In this document: positions 20,429-31,502 of the stretch, one piece after another
How the letters are laid out: each line of letters begins with the position of its first letter
How positions within the stretch are numbered: the stretch's first letter is position 1
From: an uncultured Gemmatimonadales bacterium
GTDB taxonomy: Bacteria > Gemmatimonadota > Gemmatimonadetes > Gemmatimonadales > GWC2-71-9
DNA length: 64,000 nt
Assembly (NCBI GenBank): GCA_963748815.1
Contig: CAVVKJ010000010.1
Location: 1-64,000 of the forward strand
Reading direction: 5' to 3'
The notes under the pieces: generated by a model
What the model saw: the letters and a program-made list of their open reading frames with translations, nothing else
Database searches by the model: none
What the model was told of the DNA's origin: nothing
Position numbers and translations under genes: made by a program

Positions 20429-21117
20429 TGCGGGTCGTGGCTATCGACGGACCGGCGGCCTCGGGCAAGTCGAGCACCGCCAAGGCGGTCGCCCGGGTGC
20501 TCGGGTTCCATCATCTCGATTCCGGGGCACTCTATCGCACCCTGACCAGGGTGGCGCTCGACGCGGGCCTCGACCCGAACCACCTCGATGTGCCGGCGCT
20601 GCTCGCCAAGGCGGAGCGGCGGGGCCTCGGACTCCGGCCGGAGGGAGAGGACTTCGTGCCGCTGCTCGACGGCGCGCCCGCCGAGTCGCTGATCCGGACC
20701 CCCGAGGTGACGGCGGCGGTCTCGGCGGTCTCGGCGGTTCCGGAGGTGCGCGACTGGGCCAACGCCCGCATGCGGGCCCTGGCCGAGGCGGGTGTGCCGA
20801 TCGTGGTGGACGGGCGGGACATCGGGACGGTGGTCTTCCCCGATGCGGGACTCAAGATCTTTTTGTACGCCAAGTCCGTCGTCCGGGCCATGCGTCGGCT
20901 GGCGCAGCAGGGGGGAAAGGAGCCGACCAACGAGGAGATCCTCGCGGAGGCCGAACGGCTCAAGGCGCGGGACGAGGCGGACCGGTCACGGCCGGTGGCG
21001 CCGCTCAAGATTCCGGAGGATGCCGTGGAGCTGGACAGCGGCCGCCTGACGTTCGCGGAGCAGGTGGACGGCATCGTGAAACTGGCGCGGGCGGTCTACA
21101 GGTTACCGGTGCCGTAA
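20428..21117 (+). CDS. cmk: Cytidylate kinase
   Basis: AIDGPAASGKSS, LDSGALYR, DGRDIGTVVFPDA. Confidence 0.96.
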   Translation: MRVVAIDGPAASGKSSTAKAVARVLGFHHLDSGALYRTLTRVALDAGLDPNHLDVPALLAKAERRGLGLRPEGEDFVPLLDGAPAESLIRTPEVTAAVSAVSAVPEVRDWANARMRALAEAGVPIVVDGRDIGTVVFPDAGLKIFLYAKSVVRAMRRLAQQGGKEPTNEEILAEAERLKARDEADRSRPVAPLKIPEDAVELDSGRLTFAEQVDGIVKLARAVYRLPVP

Positions 21118-21230
21118 GTGGGGGGAACCGGTGTCCGCGGGACCGGGCCGAACTTGCGAGACCGGCCCGGGGCTGTAGGATATCGCCCCGTTGTGCAGTT
21201 CCCCATCGCTCCCACCCCCTGGAGGATCAC

Positions 21231-21383
21231 ATGCTGAATCGTCACGCCCTGGCCCTGGACCTCCGTCCAGGTGTGCTGCTCGCCGCGGTCTGCGTCATCG
21301 GGCTGTTGGTCATGGGATGCCCGTCGTCGGACACCACCGGAACCGAATACGAGCCGCCGGCAACCAGCGCTCCGCAATCCTGA
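21231..21383 (+). CDS. Small putative lipoprotein (50 aa)
   Basis: GGAGG RBS before ATG; hydrophobic stretch ending VMGC, then a short polar tail. Confidence 0.5.
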   Translation: MLNRHALALDLRPGVLLAAVCVIGLLVMGCPSSDTTGTEYEPPATSAPQS

Positions 21384-21422
21384 GCCGCCACTCGACGGGC
21401 CGCCCGCCGCGCCGGTCGTAGC

Positions 21423-22097
21423 ATGCGCGTGTTCAGGACAGGACTCCTGCTGGCGCTTCTGCTGACGGTGCGACCCTCCGCGGCGTCGGCACAGTGGGCC
21501 GTGGAAGGCTTCCTGGGGACGTCGTTCAGCGCGCACAGCCCGCTGACGATCTACCAGGCGGGCGAGCCGACCCTCCACATCACCGCCGACTATGCCACCA
21601 ATCCCTCGCGAGCGTGGATCTACTACGCCTTCCGCGTCTCGCGCTGGTGGGGGCGCTGGGGGGGTACGGCGGGGTTCATTCATCAGAAGGTGTACCTCCA
21701 GAACCCCCCGCCGGAGGTGCAGGAGTTCCGGGTGACCAACGGCTACAACCTCCTGGGCATCGGCGCCGGGTACCTCACGCATGGGTGGAGCTTCATCGGG
21801 GCCGTCGGCCCGGTCATCGCGAACCCGGTGAACACCGTCCGCGACCTGGACCTCCCCGACAACGGGGGCGGGTTCGGAACCGGGTACTATCTCAGCGGCT
21901 TCGACCTCCAATTGGGGGTCAACCGCCGCTTCTACCTGGTGGACCGGGCGTTCCTGACGGTGGATGTGACCGGGACGGCGGCGTGGGCGTCCGTGGACGT
22001 GGTGGATGGACACGCCGATACCCCGAATTACGCCCTCCACCTGCTCTTTGGTCTGGGGTGGGGTGCGCACCGGGCGGGGGCGGCCCCCACCCCCTAG
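21423..22097 (+). CDS. Secreted outer-membrane beta-barrel-like protein
   Basis: Signal peptide ending ASAQ; aromatic-rich alternating strands; LHLLFGLGW near the C-terminus. Confidence 0.7.
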   Translation: MRVFRTGLLLALLLTVRPSAASAQWAVEGFLGTSFSAHSPLTIYQAGEPTLHITADYATNPSRAWIYYAFRVSRWWGRWGGTAGFIHQKVYLQNPPPEVQEFRVTNGYNLLGIGAGYLTHGWSFIGAVGPVIANPVNTVRDLDLPDNGGGFGTGYYLSGFDLQLGVNRRFYLVDRAFLTVDVTGTAAWASVDVVDGHADTPNYALHLLFGLGWGAHRAGAAPTP

Positions 22098-22219
22098 CAG
22101 GACGGGGGGCGGCCGGTTACTTTTGAGGGCTCCCGACGCTGGGCACTTCCGCCCGGCCGGGATTCACCTCATCCCGCAGCCTCCCCGGTGCGGCCGACCC
22201 CCGAAGGGATCACATCCAC

Positions 22220-24012
22220 ATGTCCGAGCTGTCCGCCGCCCCGTCCGAACTGGACACCCCCGACGCGGCCACCCCCGATTCCGCCACGCCTGACGAAACG
22301 CCCCGCCGCTACTCGCTCCGTACCGACGCGATCATGGGTGCCACCGGCCTCCTGGTGCGTGCCGACCTCTACGACGAGGAGTACAGCGAGGACGAGTACG
22401 AGCAGATGCTCTCGATGTACGAGGGCACCATGGCCTCGATCGCCGAGGGCGAAATCGTCAAGTCGAAGGTCCTGCGCATCACCGAGAACGCCGTCATCCT
22501 CGACGTCGGCTTCAAGTCCGAGGGCTCGGTGCCGCTCGATGAATTCAAGGAGCCGCCGGACCTCAGTCGGCGACGAAGTCGAAGTCTTCCTCGAGCACCT
22601 CGAGGACCAGGAAGGGGCGGTCGTCCTTTCCAAGAAGAAGGCCGACTTCATGCGCGTCTGGGAGAAGATCCGCGTGGCGCTACGAGGCGACGAGCCGGTC
22701 GAAGGCACCCTGGTCAAGAAGATCAAGGGCGGCGTGGTCGTGAACCTGATGGGCGTGGATGCCTTCCTGCCCGGCGTCGCAGATCGCGCTCCGCCGGGTC
22801 CCGAACATCGACGAGCTGCTCGGCCAGACCTACGAGTTCAAGATCATCAAGCTCAACAAGCGCCGGCGGAACATCGTCGGTCGCCGCCGCGTGATCCTCG
22901 AGACACGAGCGGGCGCAGCAAGCGCGAGCACCTGATGAAGGAGCTCCTCGTCGGCCAGGTGCGGAAGGGCGTCGTCAAGAACATCACCGACTTCGGGGCG
23001 TTCATCGACCTCGGCGGCGTCGACGGCCTGCTCCACATCACCGACATGTCGTACGGCCGCGTCTCGCACCCGACCGAGATGGTCGCCATCGGTCGCGAGG
23101 TCGAGGTCAAGATCCTCGACATCGACTGGCAGCGCGAGCGCATCTCGCCTCGGCATGAAGCAGCTCCAGGCGTATCCGTGGAAGGACGTCGCCGCCAAGT
23201 ACCCGGTCGGCACCCGCGTCCAGGGCAAGGTGGTCTCGATCACCAACTACGGCGCCTTCGTCGAGCTCGAGCCCGGCATCGAGGGCCTGGTGCACATCTC
23301 CGAGATGAGCTGGACCCGCAACGTCCGGCACCCCTCGAAGATCGTCAGCATCGGCGAGACCATCGAGGCGGTGGTGCTCAAGGTCGACGAGTCGGAGGAG
23401 AAGATCTCGCTCGGCATGAAGCAGACCGAGCAGGATCCGTGGATGGTCCTGCCGCTGAAGTACCCGGTCGGCACGCGCATCTCAGGGCAAGGTCCGCAAC
23501 CTGACCAGCTTCGGCGCCTTCGTCGAAATCGAGCCCGGCATCGACGGCCTGATCCACATCTCCGACATGTCCTGGACCAAGCGCGTCCAGCACCCGTCGG
23601 AGGTCGTCAAGAAGGGCGACGCGGTCGACGTCGTGATCCTCAACATCGACGGCGAGAACAAGCGGATCTCCCTCGGCCTCAAGCAGGCGGAAGAGGATCC
23701 GTGGCTCACGCATCGGCGAGACGCTGCCGGTCGGCACCGAGCTCCGCGGCCGCGTCGTGCGCCTGATGGACAAGGGCGTCGTCGTCGACCTCGGCAACGA
23801 CATCGAGGGCTTCGCCCCGATGTCGCCAGCTCGGCGTCGCGAACATCGACAACCCGGCCGACGCGGTCAAGGAAGGCCAGCCGCTCGACGTGAAGGTCAT
23901 CGAAGTGGACCCGATCCATCACCGCATCGTGGTGGCGGTCATCGGGTACCCCGACGAGCCGATCATCCCGCCGGTCAAGCCGGACTTCGACGAGTCGCCC
24001 GCCGACGAATAG
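22220..24012 (+). CDS. rpsA: 30S ribosomal protein S1 (several apparent frameshifts)
   Basis: [58 protein letters not shown]. Confidence 0.96.
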
Positions 24013-24054
24013 GCGGGGCCGCGGGGCAGCAGGGCAGGGCGGCAGGCAAGTGGG

Positions 24055-24087
24055 ACGGGCGCACCAGGACGGTGCGCCCGTTTCGTT
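24055..24087 (+). terminator. Intrinsic terminator after rpsA
   Basis: ACGGGCGCACC-aggac-GGTGCGCCCGT followed by TTCGTT. Confidence 0.75.
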
Positions 24088-24090
24088 GGT

Positions 24091-24117
24091 CGTCACCCCG
24101 GCGAAAGCCGGGGTCCA
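24091..24117 (+). repeat. CGTC-type REP palindrome
   Basis: CGTCACCCCGGCGAAAGCCGGGGTCCA; exact reverse complement at 25949-25975. Confidence 0.85.
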
Positions 24118-24129
24118 GCGAAGCACTGC

Positions 24130-24239
24130 AACGCGGGAAGCGCGGAATACAGCAGGAAGCTCGGCGGACTGCTTGGGGGTGTGCTGGACATGACCCCAAT
24201 AATTCTTCCGCGTTTCCCTGTTCTCCGCGTTCCCGCGTT
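24130..24239. repeat. Imperfect terminal inverted repeat element built from 8-9 bp units
   Basis: AACGCGGGAAGCGCGGA...TCCGCGTTCCCGCGTT. Confidence 0.6.
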
Positions 24240-24296
24240 CTCTTCCGGCCCCCGGCGTCCTTCCCCGCTTCCCCGCCAAGCCGTACATTCCGCACC

Positions 24297-25850
<1,554 letters not shown>

Positions 25851-25860
25851 GCGGGGCCGG

Positions 25861-26016
25861 GGGGCAGCGGGGCAGTGGGGCGGTGGTGGCAGGATTGCGG
25901 GTGTTCGTCATCCCGGCGCAAGCCGGGATCCATTTTCTGGGCTGACCATGGACCCCGGCTTTCGCCGGGGTGACGGCTGGGGTGGTGGCGCCCGGGAGTC
26001 GCTGCCCCGCTGCCCC
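25861..26016. repeat. Nested palindrome: two inverted REPs (25906-25933, 25948-25975) inside a perfect 15-bp inverted repeat
   Basis: GGGGCAGCGGGGCAG (25861-25875) pairs with CTGCCCCGCTGCCCC (26002-26016); CGTCATCCCGGCGCAAGCCGGGATCCAT and its inverted partner lie between. Confidence 0.85.
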
Positions 26017-26111
26017 GCGGCCCGGCCGCCCCAGGTGCCTCTGGCGAAACCCCGTACACCGCCCCATCTTAGGGGCCTACCCCCGTACGACGATCTGGAC
26101 AGGTGGCCGGC

Positions 26112-27101
26112 ATGGTACGAGTGACCAAACCCACGCTGCAATCCCTGCTGGCGCTGGCCCTTCTGGGGCCGGTGGCGTCCGGCACCGTTGCCGCTCAGGC
26201 GTCGCTCAATCCCACCGTGGCACCCCGGGCCGCCGAACTGGCCCGAAACGGTCAGCGGGGCATCGGCACCGAGATGCTGAGCCAGTACCTGGCCACCTCG
26301 CCCGACGACGGTTCCGCCTGGGTGCAGCTGGGCCGGTTTTACCTCCTCGACATCCGCGACTGGCATCTCTCCGGTCACCCGATCGACTCGCCCGGCCCCC
26401 TCTACATCGACTTCGGTTCCGCCGCGCTCGACCAGGCCGTTCGGCTGCACGGCGACTCCGGCGTCATCCTCCGCCAGATGCTGGAGGTCGAGCGGGCGCT
26501 CGAAGCGGTCGAACAGCAGGGATACGACGCGCTCCGTCGCTGGACGGTCCCCGCAGACATGGCCCCCCTGCCCGACTACGTGTCGGAACTCGGCGCCAAC
26601 CTCCTGAGCAGCTGTCCCGCCTCGGGGGTCATGGCCACCGGGAGCGACCTGGAAACCGTCGCCATCTTCTCGATCGTGGCGACCGCCGGACAGGCCGCCA
26701 GCGTCGTGATCGTGGTCCCGGCGTTCTACGCGACCGACTCCCGGTACCGGGACCGCATCGCCCACGCACTCGGCACCGATTCCTCCTGGTCGGTGCAGCA
26801 GGCGCTCGCGAACGTCGCACAGCGCCGGCCGGTCTGCCTGACGCCACTCGCCGACCGCACCCTGCTCGCGCTTCCCGATCCGCGGCCGATGCGCTTCGTG
26901 CTCGTGTCGGGACCCGGCACCACGACGAGCGACCGCGTCGTGACGGTGACCGACCTCGCCCGCGCCGACCGGCAGGGCAATTCCGCCTGGCTGCGCGAGG
27001 TCCACGCGATCTACACCGCCGCCGCGGGCTTCAATCCCCGTCTCTGCGACGGCCCGCTGGCGCTCCTGGGAGACACGCAGATCGCCGCCTGCCGCCGCTA
27101 G
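26112..27101 (+). CDS. Secreted hypothetical protein with a TPR-like N-terminus
   Basis: Signal peptide, YLATSPDDGSAWVQLGRFYL TPR-like helix pair, GC-typical codon use. Confidence 0.65.
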   Translation: MVRVTKPTLQSLLALALLGPVASGTVAAQASLNPTVAPRAAELARNGQRGIGTEMLSQYLATSPDDGSAWVQLGRFYLLDIRDWHLSGHPIDSPGPLYIDFGSAALDQAVRLHGDSGVILRQMLEVERALEAVEQQGYDALRRWTVPADMAPLPDYVSELGANLLSSCPASGVMATGSDLETVAIFSIVATAGQAASVVIVVPAFYATDSRYRDRIAHALGTDSSWSVQQALANVAQRRPVCLTPLADRTLLALPDPRPMRFVLVSGPGTTTSDRVVTVTDLARADRQGNSAWLREVHAIYTAAAGFNPRLCDGPLALLGDTQIAACRR

Positions 27102-27141
27102 GCCCCCGCCTCAGCGTCCCGCCGTCCGCCATCCCACGCCC

Positions 27142-28644
27142 ATGACTCCCGTCACGAGAGTGCTCGTCGCCAACCGCGGCGAAATCGCCCTGCGCATCAT
27201 CCGCGCCTGCCACGAGGAGGGCCTCGAGGCGGTGGCGGTCTACTCGGCGGCCGACCGGCTGAGTCCGCACGTGCGCGCCTCCGACCTGGCGGTCGAGATC
27301 GGGCCGGCCGCGCCGTCGGAGAGCTACCTCCGCATCGACCGCCTCCTCGAGGTCGCCCGCGACACCGGCGCGCAGGCGATCCACCCGGGCTATGGCTTCC
27401 TCGCGGAGCGGGCGGCGTTCGCCGAGGCGGTGGAGCAGGCGGGGCTGGTGTTCATCGGACCCCCCTCCACGGCCATCCGGGCCATGGGCGACAAGACCGA
27501 GGCGCGCCGGCGGATGCGGGCGGCGGGCGTGCCGGTGGTGCCGGGCGCCGACGCGCCGATCACCGAACTCGCGCCGGCCCTCGCGCTCGCGAGCGAGATG
27601 GGCTATCCCGTGATGGTGAAGGCGGCCGCCGGCGGTGGGGGGAAGGGGATGCGGGTGGTGCGCGCCGCCGAGGAGCTCGAGGGGGCGCTGGCTACGGCCG
27701 CCTCGGAAGCGCTCAAGGCCTTCGGCGACGCCGGCGTCTACATCGAGAAATTCATCGAGCGCCCCCGCCACGTCGAGATCCAGGTCCTGGCCGACGCGAC
27801 GCGCACCGTGCACCTCGGCGAGCGGGAGTGCTCGGTGCAGCGCCGCCACCAGAAGGTGCTCGAGGAGGCGCCCTCGGTGGCGGTGGACGCGGCGCTCCGT
27901 GAACGGATGGGTGCCGCGGCGGTCGCGGCGGCGGTGGCCGTCGGCTACCGCAGCGCCGGCACCTGCGAGTTCCTGCTGGCGGCCGACGGCTCGTTCTATT
28001 TCCTCGAGATGAACACCCGGATCCAGGTCGAGCACCCCGTCACCGAGCTGGTGTACGGCATCGACCTGGTCCGGGAGCAGCTGCGCATCGCACGCGGGCT
28101 GCCGATGCAGGTGCCGGAGGGAACGCGCACCCCGAACGGCTGGGCGGTCGAGTGCCGCATCACCAGCGAGGATCCGGCCAACGGCTGGATGCCCTCGACG
28201 GGCCGCCTGGAGTTTCTTCGCGTCCCGTCGGGTCCGGGGGTGCGCTGGGACAGCGGCGTCGAGGTCGGCAACGAGGTCACGCTGCACTACGACTCGATGG
28301 TGGCCAAGCTGATCGTCTGGGGGCGCGACCGGAGCGAGGCGCTGCGGCGGATGGTGCGCGCCCTCGATGAACTCGTCATCGTCGGCGTCGCGAGCAACCA
28401 GGGATTCCAGCGGCGGCTCGTGACCGATCCCGCGTTCGTGGCGGGCGAGATCGACATCCAGTTCCTGGACCGCCGTCCCGACCTGGCCGGCGCGCCCCCC
28501 CCGCCGGCGCTGACCCGCGCGGCGGCGATCGCCGCCGCCCTGGCCGAGGACGCGGCGCGGCACGCGCGGAAGCCGGCCGTGGCGGAGTCGGGTGATGCCG
28601 GATCGGCCTGGCTCACCGCCGCGCGCGCCGAGGGGCTCCGCTGA
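27142..28644 (+). CDS. accC: Biotin carboxylase subunit of an acetyl/propionyl-CoA carboxylase
   Basis: VLVANRGEIA, IHPGYGFLAE, KAAAGGGGKGMR, ERECSVQRRHQK, FLEMNTRIQVEHPVTE. Confidence 0.92.
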   Translation: MTPVTRVLVANRGEIALRIIRACHEEGLEAVAVYSAADRLSPHVRASDLAVEIGPAAPSESYLRIDRLLEVARDTGAQAIHPGYGFLAERAAFAEAVEQAGLVFIGPPSTAIRAMGDKTEARRRMRAAGVPVVPGADAPITELAPALALASEMGYPVMVKAAAGGGGKGMRVVRAAEELEGALATAASEALKAFGDAGVYIEKFIERPRHVEIQVLADATRTVHLGERECSVQRRHQKVLEEAPSVAVDAALRERMGAAAVAAAVAVGYRSAGTCEFLLAADGSFYFLEMNTRIQVEHPVTELVYGIDLVREQLRIARGLPMQVPEGTRTPNGWAVECRITSEDPANGWMPSTGRLEFLRVPSGPGVRWDSGVEVGNEVTLHYDSMVAKLIVWGRDRSEALRRMVRALDELVIVGVASNQGFQRRLVTDPAFVAGEIDIQFLDRRPDLAGAPPPPALTRAAAIAAALAEDAARHARKPAVAESGDAGSAWLTAARAEGLR

Positions 28645-29906
28645 GCGCGGACACGGGCGCCCCGGTCCGGATTCTCCGCATCGCCGCCGGGGGCGACGGC
28701 GTCGGGACGCTGGAAGACGGTCGGACGGTATTCGTGCCGAGGACCGCGGCCGGCGATCTCGTCACGCTCAGGCGAGTCCGGCTGGCCAAGACCTTCGCGC
28801 GCGCCGAGGTGAACCTCCTCGTGGAGCCGTCGACGGAGCGGGTCGAGCCGGGCTGCCCGCACTACGTGCGGGATCAGTGCGGCGGGTGCCAGCTCCAGCA
28901 TCTGTCCCTCCCGGCGCAACTCGCAACCAAGCGGACGATGGTGGGCGAGGCGCTCCGCCGGATCGGGAAGCTCGAGGTCGAGGATCCCGAGGTGGAGCCC
29001 GCCGCGGCGGTGTGGGCGTACCGGAACAAGGTCACCCTCGCCGTCTCCGACGGTGCGCGGCAGATCGGGTACCATCGGCAGGGACGGGCGGGGGAGATCT
29101 TCGATCTCGAGCGGTGTGCCATCGCCGATCCGGCGCTGATGGATCTCTGGGCGGCGGTGCGCGACCACCGGGCGCTGCTTCCGGAGAACGCGGCGCAGGT
29201 CGTCCTGCGGCGCGATCGGGCGGGGGGGCTCCACCTGACGGTGCGGGTGCGGGGGCAGACGGTCTGGCGCTCGGCCGCGCTCCTCCACGTCGCGCTGGTG
29301 CGGCGCGGCGTGCCCGCCGTGCTCTGGTGGGTGCCGGAGGAAGGGGCGCCGCGCGCCGTCGCCGGCGCCGCGGAGCCGTACCCCGCCGCCGTCTTCGAGC
29401 AGGTCCACCCGGCCATGGGCGACCGCGTGCGGGCCTGGGCCCTCGGGGAGCTTGGAAACTGTGAGGGGAAGAGCGCGTGGGACCTCTACGCCGGCGTGGG
29501 AGAGACCAGCGCGCTCCTCGTCGCGGGAGGCGCCAGCGTCGACAGTGTGGAGGTCGATGCGCGGGCGGTCGTCGAGGCGAACCGGAGGGGCCCCGACACG
29601 GGCGTGCGCCGCCACGCCGGCCGCGCGGAGGATGTCGTGCCGTCGCTCACGCCGGCGGACATCGTGGTGACGAACCCGCCACGCACCGGGATGGACGCGC
29701 GCGTGACGGAGGCGATCGCCGCCGCTCGTCCGAAGAAGGTCGTCTACATCAGTTGTGATCCGGCAACGCTCGCCCGGGACCTATCGCGGATGCTTTCCCG
29801 CTTCCCCGCTTCCCCGCCCATGCGCCTCTCCGCGCTCCGCGCGTTCGACCTGTTCCCCCAGACGGCGCACGTGGAGACCGTCGCGATCCTGGAGCGCGAC
29901 GGATGA
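28641..29906 (+). CDS. rlmD: TRAM-domain RNA m5U methyltransferase (RlmD/TrmA family)
   Basis: RIAAGGDGVG..DGRTVFVPRT, CPHY..CGGCQLQH, YRNK, WDLYAGVG, NPPRTG, VYISCDPATLARDL, FDLFPQTAHVET; start uncertain. Confidence 0.85.
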   Translation: MSADTGAPVRILRIAAGGDGVGTLEDGRTVFVPRTAAGDLVTLRRVRLAKTFARAEVNLLVEPSTERVEPGCPHYVRDQCGGCQLQHLSLPAQLATKRTMVGEALRRIGKLEVEDPEVEPAAAVWAYRNKVTLAVSDGARQIGYHRQGRAGEIFDLERCAIADPALMDLWAAVRDHRALLPENAAQVVLRRDRAGGLHLTVRVRGQTVWRSAALLHVALVRRGVPAVLWWVPEEGAPRAVAGAAEPYPAAVFEQVHPAMGDRVRAWALGELGNCEGKSAWDLYAGVGETSALLVAGGASVDSVEVDARAVVEANRRGPDTGVRRHAGRAEDVVPSLTPADIVVTNPPRTGMDARVTEAIAAARPKKVVYISCDPATLARDLSRMLSRFPASPPMRLSALRAFDLFPQTAHVETVAILERDG

Positions 29907-30436
29907 AGTACTTCGTAACGGTGGGCGCGGTGCAGGTGGAGGTGGCGATCGAGCCCGAGGGCGTCCGGGTGGATGGCGAGCTCGTCGCCGCCGCGCTGGA
30001 GCCGCTGCCCGGCACCCCCCTCCGCCAGCTCCGGCTCGGCGACCGCACCCTGGTCTTCTCGATGGACTCGGCGGAGCGAGGGGTGTGGGGGCTGGGGTAC
30101 CGGGGGGAGCGCTGGGAGGCCACGGTGGTCGACGAGCGGACCCGCTACATCCGAAGCCTCACGGGCGAAGGGCGGCAGCGGGCGGGGGCGGGGGAGGTCA
30201 AGGCGCCGATGCCGGGGCTGGTGCTCCGGGTGCTCGTGGAGCCGGGCCAACAGGTGGCGGCAGGGGCGGGGCTGGCGGTCCTCGAGGCCATGAAGATGGA
30301 GAACCAGATCAAGGCGCCGGCAGCCGGGGTGGTGCGAGAGGTCCGTGTCGAGGCTGGGAAGGCGGTCGAAAAGGGACAGGTCCTCGTGGTTCTGGCCCCC
30401 CCGGAGCCCTCCCCGGCCGGGGACGGGGTGCCTTGA
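29903..30436 (+). CDS. Biotin carboxyl carrier protein
   Basis: VKAPMPG, LEAMKMENQI biotinylation motif. Confidence 0.92.
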   Translation: MKYFVTVGAVQVEVAIEPEGVRVDGELVAAALEPLPGTPLRQLRLGDRTLVFSMDSAERGVWGLGYRGERWEATVVDERTRYIRSLTGEGRQRAGAGEVKAPMPGLVLRVLVEPGQQVAAGAGLAVLEAMKMENQIKAPAAGVVREVRVEAGKAVEKGQVLVVLAPPEPSPAGDGVP

Positions 30437-30462
30437 CCGGACCCGATATGCCCGGCTATCAT
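30433..30462 (+). promoter_or_regulatory. Candidate sigma70 promoter of rplM-rpsI
   Basis: TTGACC (30433-30438), 18-bp spacer, TATCAT (30457-30462). Confidence 0.6.
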
Positions 30463-30511
30463 TAAGGTCTGTGTCGATTTACCCGTTTTCAGGTGACTGG
30501 CAGGAATGACA

Positions 30512-30970
30512 ATGAAGACCTTTAGCGCGACGCCCGACGACATCCAGCACGACTGGCTGATCGTGGACGCCCAGGATGTGCCCCTCGGCCGGTTGGCCAG
30601 CGCCGTGGCGCAGCTCATCCGCGGCAAGCACAAGCCGACGTTCACGCCGCACATGGATGTGGGCGATTTCGTCATCGTCATCAACGCGGAGAAGGTTCGC
30701 CTGACGGGCAAGAAGCTCGACGGCAAGACCTACTTCAAGTACACCGGGTACATGGGTCACGAGACCCACACCACCGCCCGGAACATGATGGCCAAGCACC
30801 CCGACCGGGTCATCGAGAAGGCCGTCTTCGGGATGCTGCCGAAGACGTCGCTCGCCAAGCAGCACCTGCGCGGCAAGCTCAAGGTGTACGCCGGCGCGGA
30901 GCACCCGCACGCGGCGCAGCAGCCCAAGCCCTACACGGTCCAGTCCAGCACCCAGAAGGTGAGCGCATGA
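30512..30970 (+). CDS. rplM: 50S ribosomal protein L13
   Basis: MKTFSA, LGRLAS, RGKHKPTFTPHMDVGDFV, HPHAAQQP. Confidence 0.98.
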   Translation: MKTFSATPDDIQHDWLIVDAQDVPLGRLASAVAQLIRGKHKPTFTPHMDVGDFVIVINAEKVRLTGKKLDGKTYFKYTGYMGHETHTTARNMMAKHPDRVIEKAVFGMLPKTSLAKQHLRGKLKVYAGAEHPHAAQQPKPYTVQSSTQKVSA

Positions 30971-31368
30971 CGGCTTCTCCCGAGTTCCGTTGGCAGGCGG
31001 TGGGTCGGCGCAAGACGAGCGTCGCTCGCGTGTACCTGACGCCCGGCACCGGCAAGTGGGACATCAACGGCCGCACCCTCGGCGACTACTTCCCCCGGCC
31101 CTCGCTGGTGCAGCACATCCAGCAGTCGTTCACGGCCACCGACACCCTCGGCGCCTTCGACGTCACCGCGCACGTGGATGGCGGCGGGCAGGCGGGGCAG
31201 GCGGGCGCGCTCCGGCACGGCATCGCGCGGGCACTGGTGGAGGCCGACGGCCTGCACCGGGCCAAGCTGCGGGCCGCCGGTCTCCTGACGCGCGATCCGC
31301 GCGCCGTGGAGCGGAAGAAGCCAGGCCGTCCGGGCGCCCGGAAGCGGTTCCAGTTCAGCAAGCGGTAG
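30967..31368 (+). CDS. rpsI: 30S ribosomal protein S9
   Basis: GRRKTSVARV, LTRDPRAVERKKPG..ARKRFQFSKR. Confidence 0.98.
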   Translation: MTASPEFRWQAVGRRKTSVARVYLTPGTGKWDINGRTLGDYFPRPSLVQHIQQSFTATDTLGAFDVTAHVDGGGQAGQAGALRHGIARALVEADGLHRAKLRAAGLLTRDPRAVERKKPGRPGARKRFQFSKR

Positions 31369-31400
31369 TCGCAGCAGCAGGCGGCCGAATGGCCGCCATC

Positions 31401-31475
31401 ATCCACATCGCCGGATTCCGACCCGGGTGCCCCCAGGGGTCAGGTTGGAAGACGAAGGCGGTGGTCGGACAACCC
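31401..31475 (+). ncRNA. Ribosomal protein S2 leader (t44-like) cis-regulatory RNA
   Basis: Directly upstream of rpsB; outer stem CCAC.TCGCC/GGCGGTGG, inner stem TTCCGACC/GGTTGGAA, GGGTGCC loop motif. Confidence 0.75.
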
Positions 31476-31502
31476 TCCTAACTGAAGGATCGACGAACTC
31501 GC

